The notes beneath the pieces are model-generated. The model made no database searches. It was not told the DNA's origin and saw only the letters and a list, made by a program, of their open reading frames with translations. A stretch of DNA of 34,108 bases, taken from the sequence record SRR20825015_268; one strand, 5' to 3'. Shown here piece after piece: positions 1 through 8,296 of the stretch. A program made the translations under genes and the position numbers. The first letter of the stretch is position 1, and every line of letters begins with the position of its first letter.

Positions 1-119
1 GCAACGAAGGAGCCTGCCCAGAAATGCCCGCGCGCCCCCTCTGCAGAATGCGCGAGCGCACGACCGGTCAACTGAAATCCGCTTCTCAAATCGTCAACGC
101 AAAAGAAGGGAGACCCGAC

Positions 120-599
120 ATGCCACGGAACACCAGATATACCCCGGCGCAGACCGAGGCCAATGAGACGCTTCTCGAGATCATCTGCGGCCTAGCGAAG
201 ATTCGCGACACGCTATTGGATGAGAAGGGCATTAAGCCACCTTTCCCCTTTTGCCCGCCCGAATGGCCGCACGAGGAAATGCAGGTGGCGTATCGGTATC
301 TCGCAGGGCAGGCCGAGAGACCGCAGCATTGTTCAAACCGGCGGTGCCGGCGCGCTGGCATGTGTCAGGCAGGGGCGGATGCTCTGCTGGAAGCAGACTG
401 CTTTTCGGACTGGAGCGATAGCGATGTCTCGCGGCTCCATGCTGCCTGGCTGGGCATCGTTTTGTGCTGGATCTATGATTGTGAGCGGTCTGAGCACTTC
501 ATGGGGATGATGCAGTATGGAACGCAGGCATGCAGCTTGCCGAAACGGAAACAAGACCTTGAGGAGTCCAGGAAAAAGATCGCACGAAGAAGCTTCTGA
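120..599 (+). CDS. Hypothetical Cys-rich protein (C-x4-CRR-x3-C motif)
   Basis: The ORF track gives 24..599. The ATG at 120 follows a purine-rich RBS (AGAAGGGAGA). The protein contains HCSNRRCRRAGMC; no family recognised. Confidence 0.55.
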   Translation: MPRNTRYTPAQTEANETLLEIICGLAKIRDTLLDEKGIKPPFPFCPPEWPHEEMQVAYRYLAGQAERPQHCSNRRCRRAGMCQAGADALLEADCFSDWSDSDVSRLHAAWLGIVLCWIYDCERSEHFMGMMQYGTQACSLPKRKQDLEESRKKIARRSF

Positions 600-662
600 C
601 AGGGAAGTGCCAGCATGTCATTTTTTGCGCGTGGCGGCTCTCAGGTCCGGCAGTCGTGTCGC

Positions 663-896
663 CTAGGCTTCGAGCCTCGTGGCGCTGTCGAGCCCTGCCT
701 GAACCAGATTCAGCGGCAGGCGGCGTCCGCTCGCCCAGGAGCGCATCACATGCCCGGCGACCCGTTCGCGGGAGACGCTATCACTCCGCCTTATGCCAAG
801 TTCGGCGCACACGGCTTCGATGGCATTCTCCATCGCGGCCATTTCATCTGCATCGTAGATGCCAGCGCTTTTGTGCAGTACTCCAGGCTTGGCCAT
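663..896 (-). CDS. Small hypothetical protein (77 aa)
   Basis: Strong RBS GAGGAGG upstream of the ATG on the minus strand. Helical-looking sequence (YDADEMAAMENAIEAVCAELG...RERVAGHVM). Confidence 0.65.
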   Translation of the reverse strand: MAKPGVLHKSAGIYDADEMAAMENAIEAVCAELGIRRSDSVSRERVAGHVMRSWASGRRLPLNLVQAGLDSATRLEA

Positions 897-1146
897 GTCC
901 GGCCCTCCTCTGCCGTGGGAAGTTGCAGTCGGCGTGTGTTACCTCCAGTGCCGTCGTCTGCTTGTCCTTCGCCTTACACGGTAACAGGTTTATTTCCCGT
1001 GTCTATTATGGCGAATCTTTGTTGCGTGCCCGCGACGGGGTCGCAAAAAAAATCGAGAGGGCGTGAACCTTTCCTTTTCCTCCTGCGACAGATGGGCATC
1101 GGACGGCTGCAGCGGCCGGCCACCAATCGCAAAGGAGGATGATGAA

Positions 1147-1467
1147 ATGTCCCTGAAACGCACCATCGCAAAAGGCCTGATGGCCATCGCCCTTGTCGCT
1201 ACGGCGCTTTCGGCCGTCAGCGTCGAAAGCCGTGCGGGCAGTCTGTCTCCGGGCGAGGCTGCGGCCATCGCCGGGCTTGGCGGCTTCATCGCCGGTGGTC
1301 TGATTGCCGATTCACGCGCCCGTTACTACGGTCCTGCGCCGGTCTATGGTCGAGCGTCGGCCTGGGATAGGCATGTGGCGCGCTGCTATGCGCGCTACCG
1401 CTCCTATGACGAGTACAGCGACACCTTCCTTGGATATGACGGCTACCGCCATCGTTGTCGCCTGTGA
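1147..1467 (+). CDS. BA14K family exported (lectin-like) protein
   Basis: RBS AAGGAGGA at 1132-1139, signal peptide, glycine-zipper segment AIAGLGGFIAGGLIA, and C-terminal BA14K motif HVARCYARYRSYD...TFLGYDGYRHRC. Confidence 0.88.
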   Translation: MSLKRTIAKGLMAIALVATALSAVSVESRAGSLSPGEAAAIAGLGGFIAGGLIADSRARYYGPAPVYGRASAWDRHVARCYARYRSYDEYSDTFLGYDGYRHRCRL

Positions 1468-1530
1468 GCTGTTCACACCCGGGCGCTGCGTGGTTACCTG
1501 ATTTGATCGCGCTGCCGCCGCCCGAAGTGC

Positions 1531-1569
1531 AAATCCGGGTCGGTCGTGAACGTGGCCTGCCCGGATTTT
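1531..1569 (+). terminator. Probable intrinsic terminator after the BA14K gene
   Basis: Inverted repeat AAATCCGGG...CCCGGATTTT followed by T-rich sequence. Confidence 0.55.
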
Positions 1570-1815
1570 GTCCGTTTTGCAGCGGCGAAACTGTGAACCA
1601 ATGACGGGATCCTGCGTTGTACAGCCGATGATGTGCGGCGGACCGGGTGATTGCGGCAAAGCTTGGGCGCAATGCGTGTTTGAGACGGTCATCCTGTTTG
1701 ATTTGAGATTGCCGGGTTTCCGCACCACCTTTTTCTCGCCGACCTGGTTTCCGGCTCCCCCAAAACTGTCAAACGGGGATCGGGTTGGCATGAACACAGC
1801 AAAGGAGTCTCCTCC

Positions 1816-2058
1816 ATGAAAAAAATCCTCGCAGTCCTCGCCACTTCCGGTTTTCTCACGCTCTCGGCCTATGCCGCCGAAGTTCAGGGAACCGTGGCTT
1901 CCATCGACGTGGCGACCAGAACGATCGCTCTCGATGACGGTACGGTCTACACCGCCGGTGAGGGCGTCGATCTCGCCAGTGTCGCAGCCGGAGCCTCGGT
2001 AACGCTGACGATTGATGATGCGACAAACGAGGTGACATCCATCGAAGCGCAAATGTAA
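1816..2058 (+). CDS. DUF1344-like small exported beta (OB-like) protein
   Basis: RBS AAAGGAG, signal peptide ending AYA, and pattern GTVASID...TIALDDGTVY...GASVTLT typical of DUF1344. Confidence 0.78.
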   Translation: MKKILAVLATSGFLTLSAYAAEVQGTVASIDVATRTIALDDGTVYTAGEGVDLASVAAGASVTLTIDDATNEVTSIEAQM

Positions 2059-2084
2059 CCCTGCCCGTCGTCTTCCGGACGGGG

Positions 2085-2116
2085 AGCCGGTCTCCACAGG
2101 AGGCCGGCTTCATTGT
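2085..2116 (+). terminator. Hairpin/terminator downstream of the DUF1344 gene
   Basis: AGCCGGTCTCC-ACA-GGAGGCCGGCT stem-loop followed by TCATTGT. Confidence 0.45.
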
Positions 2117-2140
2117 TCGGGTTTGTCCTTTCGGAACAAA

Positions 2141-2158
2141 CTGTCATAAAACAATGCT
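2141..2158 (+). promoter_or_regulatory. Pho-box-like (PhoB) site upstream of sqdB
   Basis: CTGTCATAAAAC is a perfect first PhoB half-site plus A-rich spacer; the second half-site is degenerate. Sulfolipid genes are known to be induced by phosphate starvation in rhizobia and Rhodobacter. Confidence 0.45.
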
Positions 2159-2229
2159 AAGGGGGCTTTCGAGAAGGGAATCGGTCCGGTTCCCTTGCCT
2201 GATGTATTGATGACCGGAGGCGGAATTTC

Positions 2230-3450
2230 ATGAAGATTGCAGTTCTTGGCGGCGATGGGTTCGTCGGCTGGCCGACCTCGCTCCACCTGTCGGCCCGTGG
2301 GCACGAAGTCCACATTATCGACAATCTGTCACGGCGGTGGATCGACACCGAGCTCGGGGTTCAGTCATTGACGCCGATGGATTCCATCCAGGAACGCACA
2401 CGCATCTGGCATCAGGAAACGGGCCGGCGTATCCGCTTCCACCTGATCGATCTGGCGCGCGACTACGATGTGCTGAAATCCTGGCTCGCCGAACATCGCC
2501 CCGACGCCATCGTCCATTTCGCCGAACAGCGTGCTGCGCCCTATTCGATGAAAAGCGACCGCCACAAGAACTACACGGTCAACAACAACGTCAACGCCAC
2601 CCACAATCTGCTCAACGCAATGACGGAGATAGGCCTCGATGCTCATCTGGTCCATCTGGGCACGATGGGCGTTTATGGATACTCCTCGGTTGGCGCGGCA
2701 ATTCCTGAAGGTTATCTCCCGGTCGGCGTCGAGACACTGTCGGGAGAGACGGCATCGCAGGAGATCCTTTACCCGACCAATCCGGGCTCCATCTACCACA
2801 TGACGAAGTCGCTTGATCAGCTTCTCTTCCAGTTCTACGCCAAGAATGACGGGGTGCGCATCACCGATCTGCACCAGGGCATCGTCTGGGGCACGCACAC
2901 GGAAGAGACGAAACTTCATGCCCAGCTCATCAATCGGTTCGACTATGACGGTGATTACGGAACCGTGCTTAACCGCTTCCTGATCCAGGCGGCGATCGGC
3001 TATCCGCTGACCGTACATGGCACGGGCGGCCAGACGCGCGCCTTCATCCACATTCAGGATTCAGTGCGCTGCGTGGAGATCGCATTGAACAACCCACCGA
3101 AGCGCGGCGATCGTGTGGAAATCTTCAACCAGATGACGGAAACGCATCGTGTGCGTGATCTGGCCGAACTCATCGCCCGCATGACTGGCGCGAAGGTCGC
3201 CTATCTGCCAAACCCGCGCAAGGAAGCGGCGGAAAACGATCTGGTGGTGAGAAACGACAAATTCCTGTCGCTCGGTCTCAATCCGATCACGCTGGAGGAG
3301 GGGCTTCTGGCCGAGGTCGTCGATGTGGCGAAGAAATTCGATTACCGCGTCGACCGTTCCCGCATTCCGGCCGTGTCCGCCTGGACCAAGGACATTGCGC
3401 CCACCATCGAGCGCGATCCGGAAGGCAAGCGGCTGAAGAGTGTTGGGTGA
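2230..3450 (+). CDS. sqdB: UDP-sulfoquinovose synthase
   Basis: Rossmann GGDGFVGWPT, HFAEQRAAPYSMK, HLGTMGVYG, YxxxK (YHMTK), ITDLHQGIVWG and FDYDGDYGTVLNRF, all SqdB/SQD1 signatures. Confidence 0.96.
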   Translation: MKIAVLGGDGFVGWPTSLHLSARGHEVHIIDNLSRRWIDTELGVQSLTPMDSIQERTRIWHQETGRRIRFHLIDLARDYDVLKSWLAEHRPDAIVHFAEQRAAPYSMKSDRHKNYTVNNNVNATHNLLNAMTEIGLDAHLVHLGTMGVYGYSSVGAAIPEGYLPVGVETLSGETASQEILYPTNPGSIYHMTKSLDQLLFQFYAKNDGVRITDLHQGIVWGTHTEETKLHAQLINRFDYDGDYGTVLNRFLIQAAIGYPLTVHGTGGQTRAFIHIQDSVRCVEIALNNPPKRGDRVEIFNQMTETHRVRDLAELIARMTGAKVAYLPNPRKEAAENDLVVRNDKFLSLGLNPITLEEGLLAEVVDVAKKFDYRVDRSRIPAVSAWTKDIAPTIERDPEGKRLKSVG

Positions 3451-3462
3451 GCGACGGCATCG

Positions 3463-4272
3463 ATGTCGAAACATGCCTATGTGACGCTCGTCACGAATGA
3501 AGACTATGCGATGGGCGCGCTGGCTCTGGTCCGCTCGTTGCGGCTGACGGAAACCGATGCCGACATAGTGGTGATGCACACTGGCGGCGCCCCTGCTGAA
3601 GCGCTCCAGCCTTTGGCGAAAATGGGGGCTCGGCTTGTGCGGGCAGAACTTCTTCCAACTTCGGATGCCTTTAACGAGCGACACCAGCGGGCCAGGCTTC
3701 ACGCAAATGCCCCCTTTACCAAGGGGAACAAGCCGAGTTTTCACACTCCGCTCGACAATTTCGCCAAGCTCAGGCTGTGGCAGTTGACCGAGTATGAGCG
3801 GGTCGTGTTCATCGACGCGGATGCGGTGGTGGTGCGCAACATTGACCGGTTGTTCTTCTATCCGGAGTTTTCCGCCGCGCCCAATGTCTACGAGAGCCTC
3901 ACGGACTTTCACCGGTTGAATTCCGGGGTGTTTGTGGCAACCCCTTCGGCAGCGACATTCGCCTCCATGCTTAAACGGCTGGATGAACCCGATGCGTTCT
4001 GGCGGCGGACCGACCAGACCTTTTTGCAGGCGTATTTTCCGCACTGGCACGGTCTGCCGGTGTTTTTCAACATGCTGCAATATGTGTGGTTCAACCTCCC
4101 GGCGCTCTGGGACTGGAACTCTGTTTCCGTGGTTCACTATCAGTATGAAAAGCCTTGGGAGCAGGATCATCCGAAAGCCGCGGAGCTGGGTCCTCTGATC
4201 GATCTTTGGCACGCCTTCCATTCGGGTGAGAAAATTCCCGATGTTGAGACGCTGGCGAATCCTTCGCCATGA
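3463..4272 (+). CDS. sqdD: GT8-family glycosyltransferase, sulfolipid biosynthesis
   Basis: AYVTLVTNEDY, KLRLWQL...FIDAD (DXD), LNSGVFV, DQTFL and HY..EKPW GT8 motifs. Lies directly after sqdB. Confidence 0.9.
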   Translation: MSKHAYVTLVTNEDYAMGALALVRSLRLTETDADIVVMHTGGAPAEALQPLAKMGARLVRAELLPTSDAFNERHQRARLHANAPFTKGNKPSFHTPLDNFAKLRLWQLTEYERVVFIDADAVVVRNIDRLFFYPEFSAAPNVYESLTDFHRLNSGVFVATPSAATFASMLKRLDEPDAFWRRTDQTFLQAYFPHWHGLPVFFNMLQYVWFNLPALWDWNSVSVVHYQYEKPWEQDHPKAAELGPLIDLWHAFHSGEKIPDVETLANPSP

Positions 4273-5171
4273 GTGCGCCTCACAGCATCGTGTCTGGCGG
4301 GACCGGGCTGGTCGGGCGTTTCATTGTCGAGGCGCTGCTCGCTGCCGGTCATCGGGTGACGGTGCTTGGGCGAAATGCACCGCCGGAAGGCTTTTTTTCA
4401 AGAAGCGTCGCCTTTGCTCCAGTTGAGCTTGAACCAACATCCGTTTCTACGGCGCTGTTCGAGGGAACGGATTTTTTCGTGCATGCTGCCTTCGACCATG
4501 CGCCGGGGAAATACCGGGGCGGAGAGGGCGACGATGCCGAGGGGTTTCGCCGGCGTAATCTCGAGGGAAGCGTTGCGATGTTTCGAGCAGCGCGAGTGGC
4601 GGGCGTGGCGCGAACGGTGTTTCTTTCGACACGGGCCGTCTATGGGCAGCGCGATCCGGGGGCGATGCTAGATGAGACTGATGTTTGCTGTCCTGACACG
4701 CTCTATGGCGAGGTGAAACTTGCCGCTGAAGAAGCGCTTTCCCAGCTCTCCGGAGATGGTTTTGCCGGCGTGAGCCTGCGGGTCACCGGTGTGTACGGGC
4801 CGGTCGGGAATGGACGGTCACACAAATGGGAGAGCCTCTTTGCGGACTATCTGGCAGGCCGTGAGATTGCACCGCGTATCGCGACGGAGGTTCATGGCGA
4901 GGATGTCGGAGCGGCTGTCCGCATGATGTTGACCTTGCCGGCGGAACAAATTGCGTCGGGGCGCTTCAATGTGTCGGATCTGATCCTTGATCGCCGTGAA
5001 CTTCTGGCGCTGGTAGCGCGCGAGACCGGCCGTGGCAATCCATTGCCGCCAGCCGCTGATCGAGATGCAGTCAACGCCATGAAAACGGACCGCCTTCGTG
5101 CACTTGGGTGGGCGCCAGGTGGGTGGGCGTTGCTGGAACGATCAGTGCCCCTGCTGTTAGGCAGGCGTTAA
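4269..5171 (+). CDS. sqdC: NAD-dependent epimerase/dehydratase, sulfolipid biosynthesis
   Basis: GGTGLVG Rossmann motif, YGEVK (YxxxK), KYRGGEGDD. ATGA overlap with sqdD, giving the sqdBDC order. Confidence 0.88.
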   Translation: MSAPHSIVSGGTGLVGRFIVEALLAAGHRVTVLGRNAPPEGFFSRSVAFAPVELEPTSVSTALFEGTDFFVHAAFDHAPGKYRGGEGDDAEGFRRRNLEGSVAMFRAARVAGVARTVFLSTRAVYGQRDPGAMLDETDVCCPDTLYGEVKLAAEEALSQLSGDGFAGVSLRVTGVYGPVGNGRSHKWESLFADYLAGREIAPRIATEVHGEDVGAAVRMMLTLPAEQIASGRFNVSDLILDRRELLALVARETGRGNPLPPAADRDAVNAMKTDRLRALGWAPGGWALLERSVPLLLGRR

Positions 5172-5210
5172 CCGTTCCGTGGTTTGTGGGGCGGGGGTGC
5201 GACGGCCAAC

Positions 5211-5273
5211 TTCATGTGTTGATTCAAGTTGTTCACGTGTTGATTCAGGTCGCTCTTGCGATGAGTCTGTTTG
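5211..5273. repeat. Tandem 21-bp repeat: two close copies plus one degenerate copy, each with a GANTC site
   Basis: TTCATGTGTTGATTCAAGTTG (5211-5231), TTCACGTGTTGATTCAGGTCG (5232-5252, 18/21 identical) and CTCTTGCGATGAGTCTGTTTG (5253-5273, 13/21). Confidence 0.7.
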
Positions 5274-5426
5274 TTGCGGCAAGTGTCTGAAGAGGAATCG
5301 AATTCTTCAGTTCCTTGTGGTGGGTCAACGCTTGTCCCAACGCTGAAATTCACTGCTCCTTTGCCCACATGCCCGCAAGTCCGCAACGCGGTCAGGGCCG
5401 CAATCTTTCCAAACGAATTGCCTGCG

Positions 5427-6635
5427 CTAAAGCGGTGTCTGTTGCATTTGCAGGTGCAACTCGGATCCGTCGTAGGGGCTGGCCTGTGCGATGGCTTCAT
5501 CAAGTTCGACACCAAGGCCGGGCTCGCTCGACGGAATGACAAAACCATCCTCCCAGAGGATTTTCTTTTTCAGCAATTGCGCGTGAAAACCATCGAAGGT
5601 GCGGATTGCTTCCAGAAGCAGGAAATTGGGAAGGGTGGTGGCAAGTTGAATGTTGGCGGCGGCGACGATCGGGCCGCAATAGCAATGCGGTGCGACCTGG
5701 ACGTGATGCGCCTCCGCCATCGCGGCGATTTTCTTCGTTTCAAGCAGGCCGCCTGACCGGCCAAGATTGGGCTGAAAGATGCCAGCGGCGCCGAGGCTGA
5801 GAAGCTGTGCAAACTCATACTTTGTTGTCAGGCGTTCGCCAGTGGCGATGGGGATACTGGTGCCACGAGCTACCTGAGCCATGGCTTCCGGAGTGTCTGG
5901 AGGCACAGGCTCTTCGAACCAGAGCGGATCGTAGGGTTCCAGCGCATGGGCCATCCGAATTGCGCCGGAGGGTGTGAACTGACCATGTGTGCCAAAAAGT
6001 ATGTCGGCGCGCCCACCGATAGCCTCGCGCACGGCAGCAACCATGCGTGTCGACAGGTCGATGTCGCTCTGCCGCGGCTGACGACCGCCGAAGGCGGTGT
6101 ATGGGCCTGCCGGATCGAACTTGATCGCGTCAAAACCCTGTGCAAGGCAGGTCAATGCGGCTTCAGCCGCAAGGTCAGGATCGTTATAGACGTTGTGTTC
6201 GCTATCCGTTTCGTCCGGAACGGCGCTGCCGGTGTCGGGGTAGAGATAGGTATAGCTGCGAAGCCGCTCATGCACCTTTCCGCCGAGCAGCTTGTAGACC
6301 GGTTTGCCCGCCTCTTTGCCGATGATGTCCCAGCACGCCATTTCGAGAGCGGAGACGCAGCCCATCAGTGTTGGATCGGGTCGCTGGCTGAAGCCGGAGG
6401 AATAGGTGCGACGAAAGAAAGTTTCGATGTCATGAGGATCGTGGCCGACCAGATATCGCTCGGCCACTTCTTCGATCATGCGCGCGGTGAGATGTGGACC
6501 GAAGGCGGCGGAATACGCTTCGCCATAGCCGACCACGCCGCCATCGGTGACAAGCTTTACAAAAATGAAGTAGCGTCCGCCGACATGCGGGGGCGGGTTC
6601 GCGGTGACGAAGGTTTTGGCTTCGGCGATCTTCAT
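5427..6635 (-). CDS. Mandelate racemase/muconate lactonizing enzyme (enolase superfamily, DgoD/RspA-like), substrate unknown
   Basis: FVKLVTDGGVVGYGE, SALEMACWDIIGK...PVYKLLGG, KFD, WFEEP, ATGER, APH, PGLGVELD. Confidence 0.9.
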   Translation of the reverse strand: MKIAEAKTFVTANPPPHVGGRYFIFVKLVTDGGVVGYGEAYSAAFGPHLTARMIEEVAERYLVGHDPHDIETFFRRTYSSGFSQRPDPTLMGCVSALEMACWDIIGKEAGKPVYKLLGGKVHERLRSYTYLYPDTGSAVPDETDSEHNVYNDPDLAAEAALTCLAQGFDAIKFDPAGPYTAFGGRQPRQSDIDLSTRMVAAVREAIGGRADILFGTHGQFTPSGAIRMAHALEPYDPLWFEEPVPPDTPEAMAQVARGTSIPIATGERLTTKYEFAQLLSLGAAGIFQPNLGRSGGLLETKKIAAMAEAHHVQVAPHCYCGPIVAAANIQLATTLPNFLLLEAIRTFDGFHAQLLKKKILWEDGFVIPSSEPGLGVELDEAIAQASPYDGSELHLQMQQTPL

Positions 6636-7720
6636 TCAAAGGTCACCACGTTGCGCAGGGCCTGTCCGTTTTTCACAGCAGAAATTGCTTCGTTGATGTC
6701 TTCCAGCCTGTAGCGGGTGGTGATGAGTTCATCGAGCTTCAGGCGACCCTTCTGATAGTGCTCCACAAGGATGGGGATGTCGTGGCGGAGCCGTGTTTCG
6801 CCCATCTTGGAACCGATGATCTTCTGGTTGAGAGCCGCAAGTTTCCCGGGGTCATAGGGGATGCGCACGCCATTGGCCGGCATGCCGACCACAATGACGG
6901 AGCCATTGCGGGTGATGTAACGCGGGGCGCTCTGTAGTGCTGCCTCGACGCCGACCGTGACAAATACGAAATCCACGCCACGCCCATCTGTCAGTGTTTT
7001 GATCGCTTTCGCGTGATCGGGCGAGGCCGGGCTGAACGCGTGGGTGGCGCCGAACTCGCGGGCCGCTGCCAGCTTGTCGTCGCTGAGGTCAAGTGCAATG
7101 ACCGGGCTTGCGCCGGCGAGTGCGGCGCCCTGAATGGCGTTCAGCCCGACGCCACCACATCCGATGACAGCCACAGCATGGCCCGCTGACACGCGAGCCG
7201 TGTTGACGACCGCCCCAAAGCCGGTGATGACGCCGCAGCCAAGAAGCGATGCGACGTCGAACGGCATATCGCCTGGCACATGGGCGAGCTGGCTTTCATG
7301 AACGACCACTTTCTCTGCGAACGCGCCTGTGCGTAAACCCTGTTCGCAGGCGCTGCCGTCGGCAAGGGTGAGAGGTCCCTGCTGGTCGAGCGGGAAAATC
7401 TCCTCGCACATGACGAGGCTTTGACGCGCACAATAGTGGCAATGGCCACAGGAGCGGATGAGCGTAACGACGACATGATCGCCTGGCACAACGTCATTGA
7501 CCCCAGGGCCCACCGCTGAAACGACGCCGGCCGCCTCATGACCATAGACCGCCGGAAGATCACCACCCCAGGCACCTTCGGCATACGAAATATCGGAGTG
7601 GCAAATGGCGCAGGCCTTCAGATCGACGAGAACTTCGCCTCGACGAGGTGGAGCGAGCTCAAGTGTTTCTATCGAGAGGGGTTTGCCAAACTCCCGGCAG
7701 ACGGCGGCCTTGATCTGCAT
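6632..7720 (-). CDS. Zn-dependent alcohol dehydrogenase (MDR family)
   Basis: CHSD, GHEAAG, structural Zn C-x2-C-x2-C-x7-C, GCGVITG, GCGGVG. ATGA overlap with the enolase gene. Confidence 0.92.
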   Translation of the reverse strand: MQIKAAVCREFGKPLSIETLELAPPRRGEVLVDLKACAICHSDISYAEGAWGGDLPAVYGHEAAGVVSAVGPGVNDVVPGDHVVVTLIRSCGHCHYCARQSLVMCEEIFPLDQQGPLTLADGSACEQGLRTGAFAEKVVVHESQLAHVPGDMPFDVASLLGCGVITGFGAVVNTARVSAGHAVAVIGCGGVGLNAIQGAALAGASPVIALDLSDDKLAAAREFGATHAFSPASPDHAKAIKTLTDGRGVDFVFVTVGVEAALQSAPRYITRNGSVIVVGMPANGVRIPYDPGKLAALNQKIIGSKMGETRLRHDIPILVEHYQKGRLKLDELITTRYRLEDINEAISAVKNGQALRNVVTFE

Positions 7721-7903
7721 AGAAACCTCGCTGGAATGCCTGTAGCCCGGATTAAAGACGCAAGTCGGCTATGGGTGCAACGCAGATACGACATCAAACG
7801 GGAACCATGCGTCAATGGAAGAGGTGCCATGCGCGAGCGCTTGTTGACCGGTGACGGTCTCGACGATAGGCCGGATGTAAATCAAAAAGGGGAACTACAG
7901 ACG

Positions 7904-8293
7904 ATGATTGCACCGGAAACACCCACTGGAGACCTGACGTTACGCACGCAGGCGATGCCCGGTGACGCCAACGCCGCTGGCGATATTTTCGGCGGCTGGG
8001 TGATGGCGCAAATGGATCTAGCGAGCGGTATCCGTGCTGCTGAACGCGCGCACGGTCGCGTGGTCACCGCCGGTGTGAAGGAAATGGCCTTTGCCAAGCC
8101 GATGAAGGTGGGCGACACGCTGTGCATCTACACCCATATTGAAGGGGTGGGGCGAACATCGATCCGGCTCAAGGTCGAAGCGTGGGCGCAGCGATATCTT
8201 TCGCCGACCATGGAAATGGTCACCCATGCGGATTTCGTCATGGTGGCGCTCGATGCCAATGGCAAGCCCACACCGGTCCCGCCGGAAGATTGA
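7904..8293 (+). CDS. Acyl-CoA thioesterase (hotdog, YciA-like)
   Basis: AMPGDANAAGDIFGGWVMAQMDLA...GRVVT...VGRTSI. The ATG at 7904 follows AAAAGGGGA. Confidence 0.9.
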   Translation: MIAPETPTGDLTLRTQAMPGDANAAGDIFGGWVMAQMDLASGIRAAERAHGRVVTAGVKEMAFAKPMKVGDTLCIYTHIEGVGRTSIRLKVEAWAQRYLSPTMEMVTHADFVMVALDANGKPTPVPPED

Positions 8294-8296
8294 GGC

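Noticed and set aside
615..1142. Plus-strand ORFs 615..1142 and 656..1066
   Set aside because: No RBS or recognisable motifs; they lie opposite a better-supported small gene and cross a promoter region.
3061..4221. Long antisense ORFs (for example 3061..4221, 8783..9694, 12994..13827, 21266..22012)
   Set aside because: Shadow frames of well-supported genes, expected in GC-rich DNA.
5211..5273. CRISPR array
   Set aside because: The units are directly adjacent with no spacers, there are only 2-3 copies, and no cas genes are in the window.
5168..5548. 126-aa minus-strand ORF (or a 61-aa version from GTG 5353) covering the repeat
   Set aside because: The long form overlaps the enolase gene. 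The short form has its AAGGAG only 2 nt from the GTG and no recognisable protein features.
2230..7720. Idea that the enolase and ADH form a sulfoquinovose degradation pathway linked to sqdBDC
   Set aside because: The two units are convergent. No sulfoquinovosidase, aldolase, monooxygenase or SQ transporter is present, so proximity is the only support.
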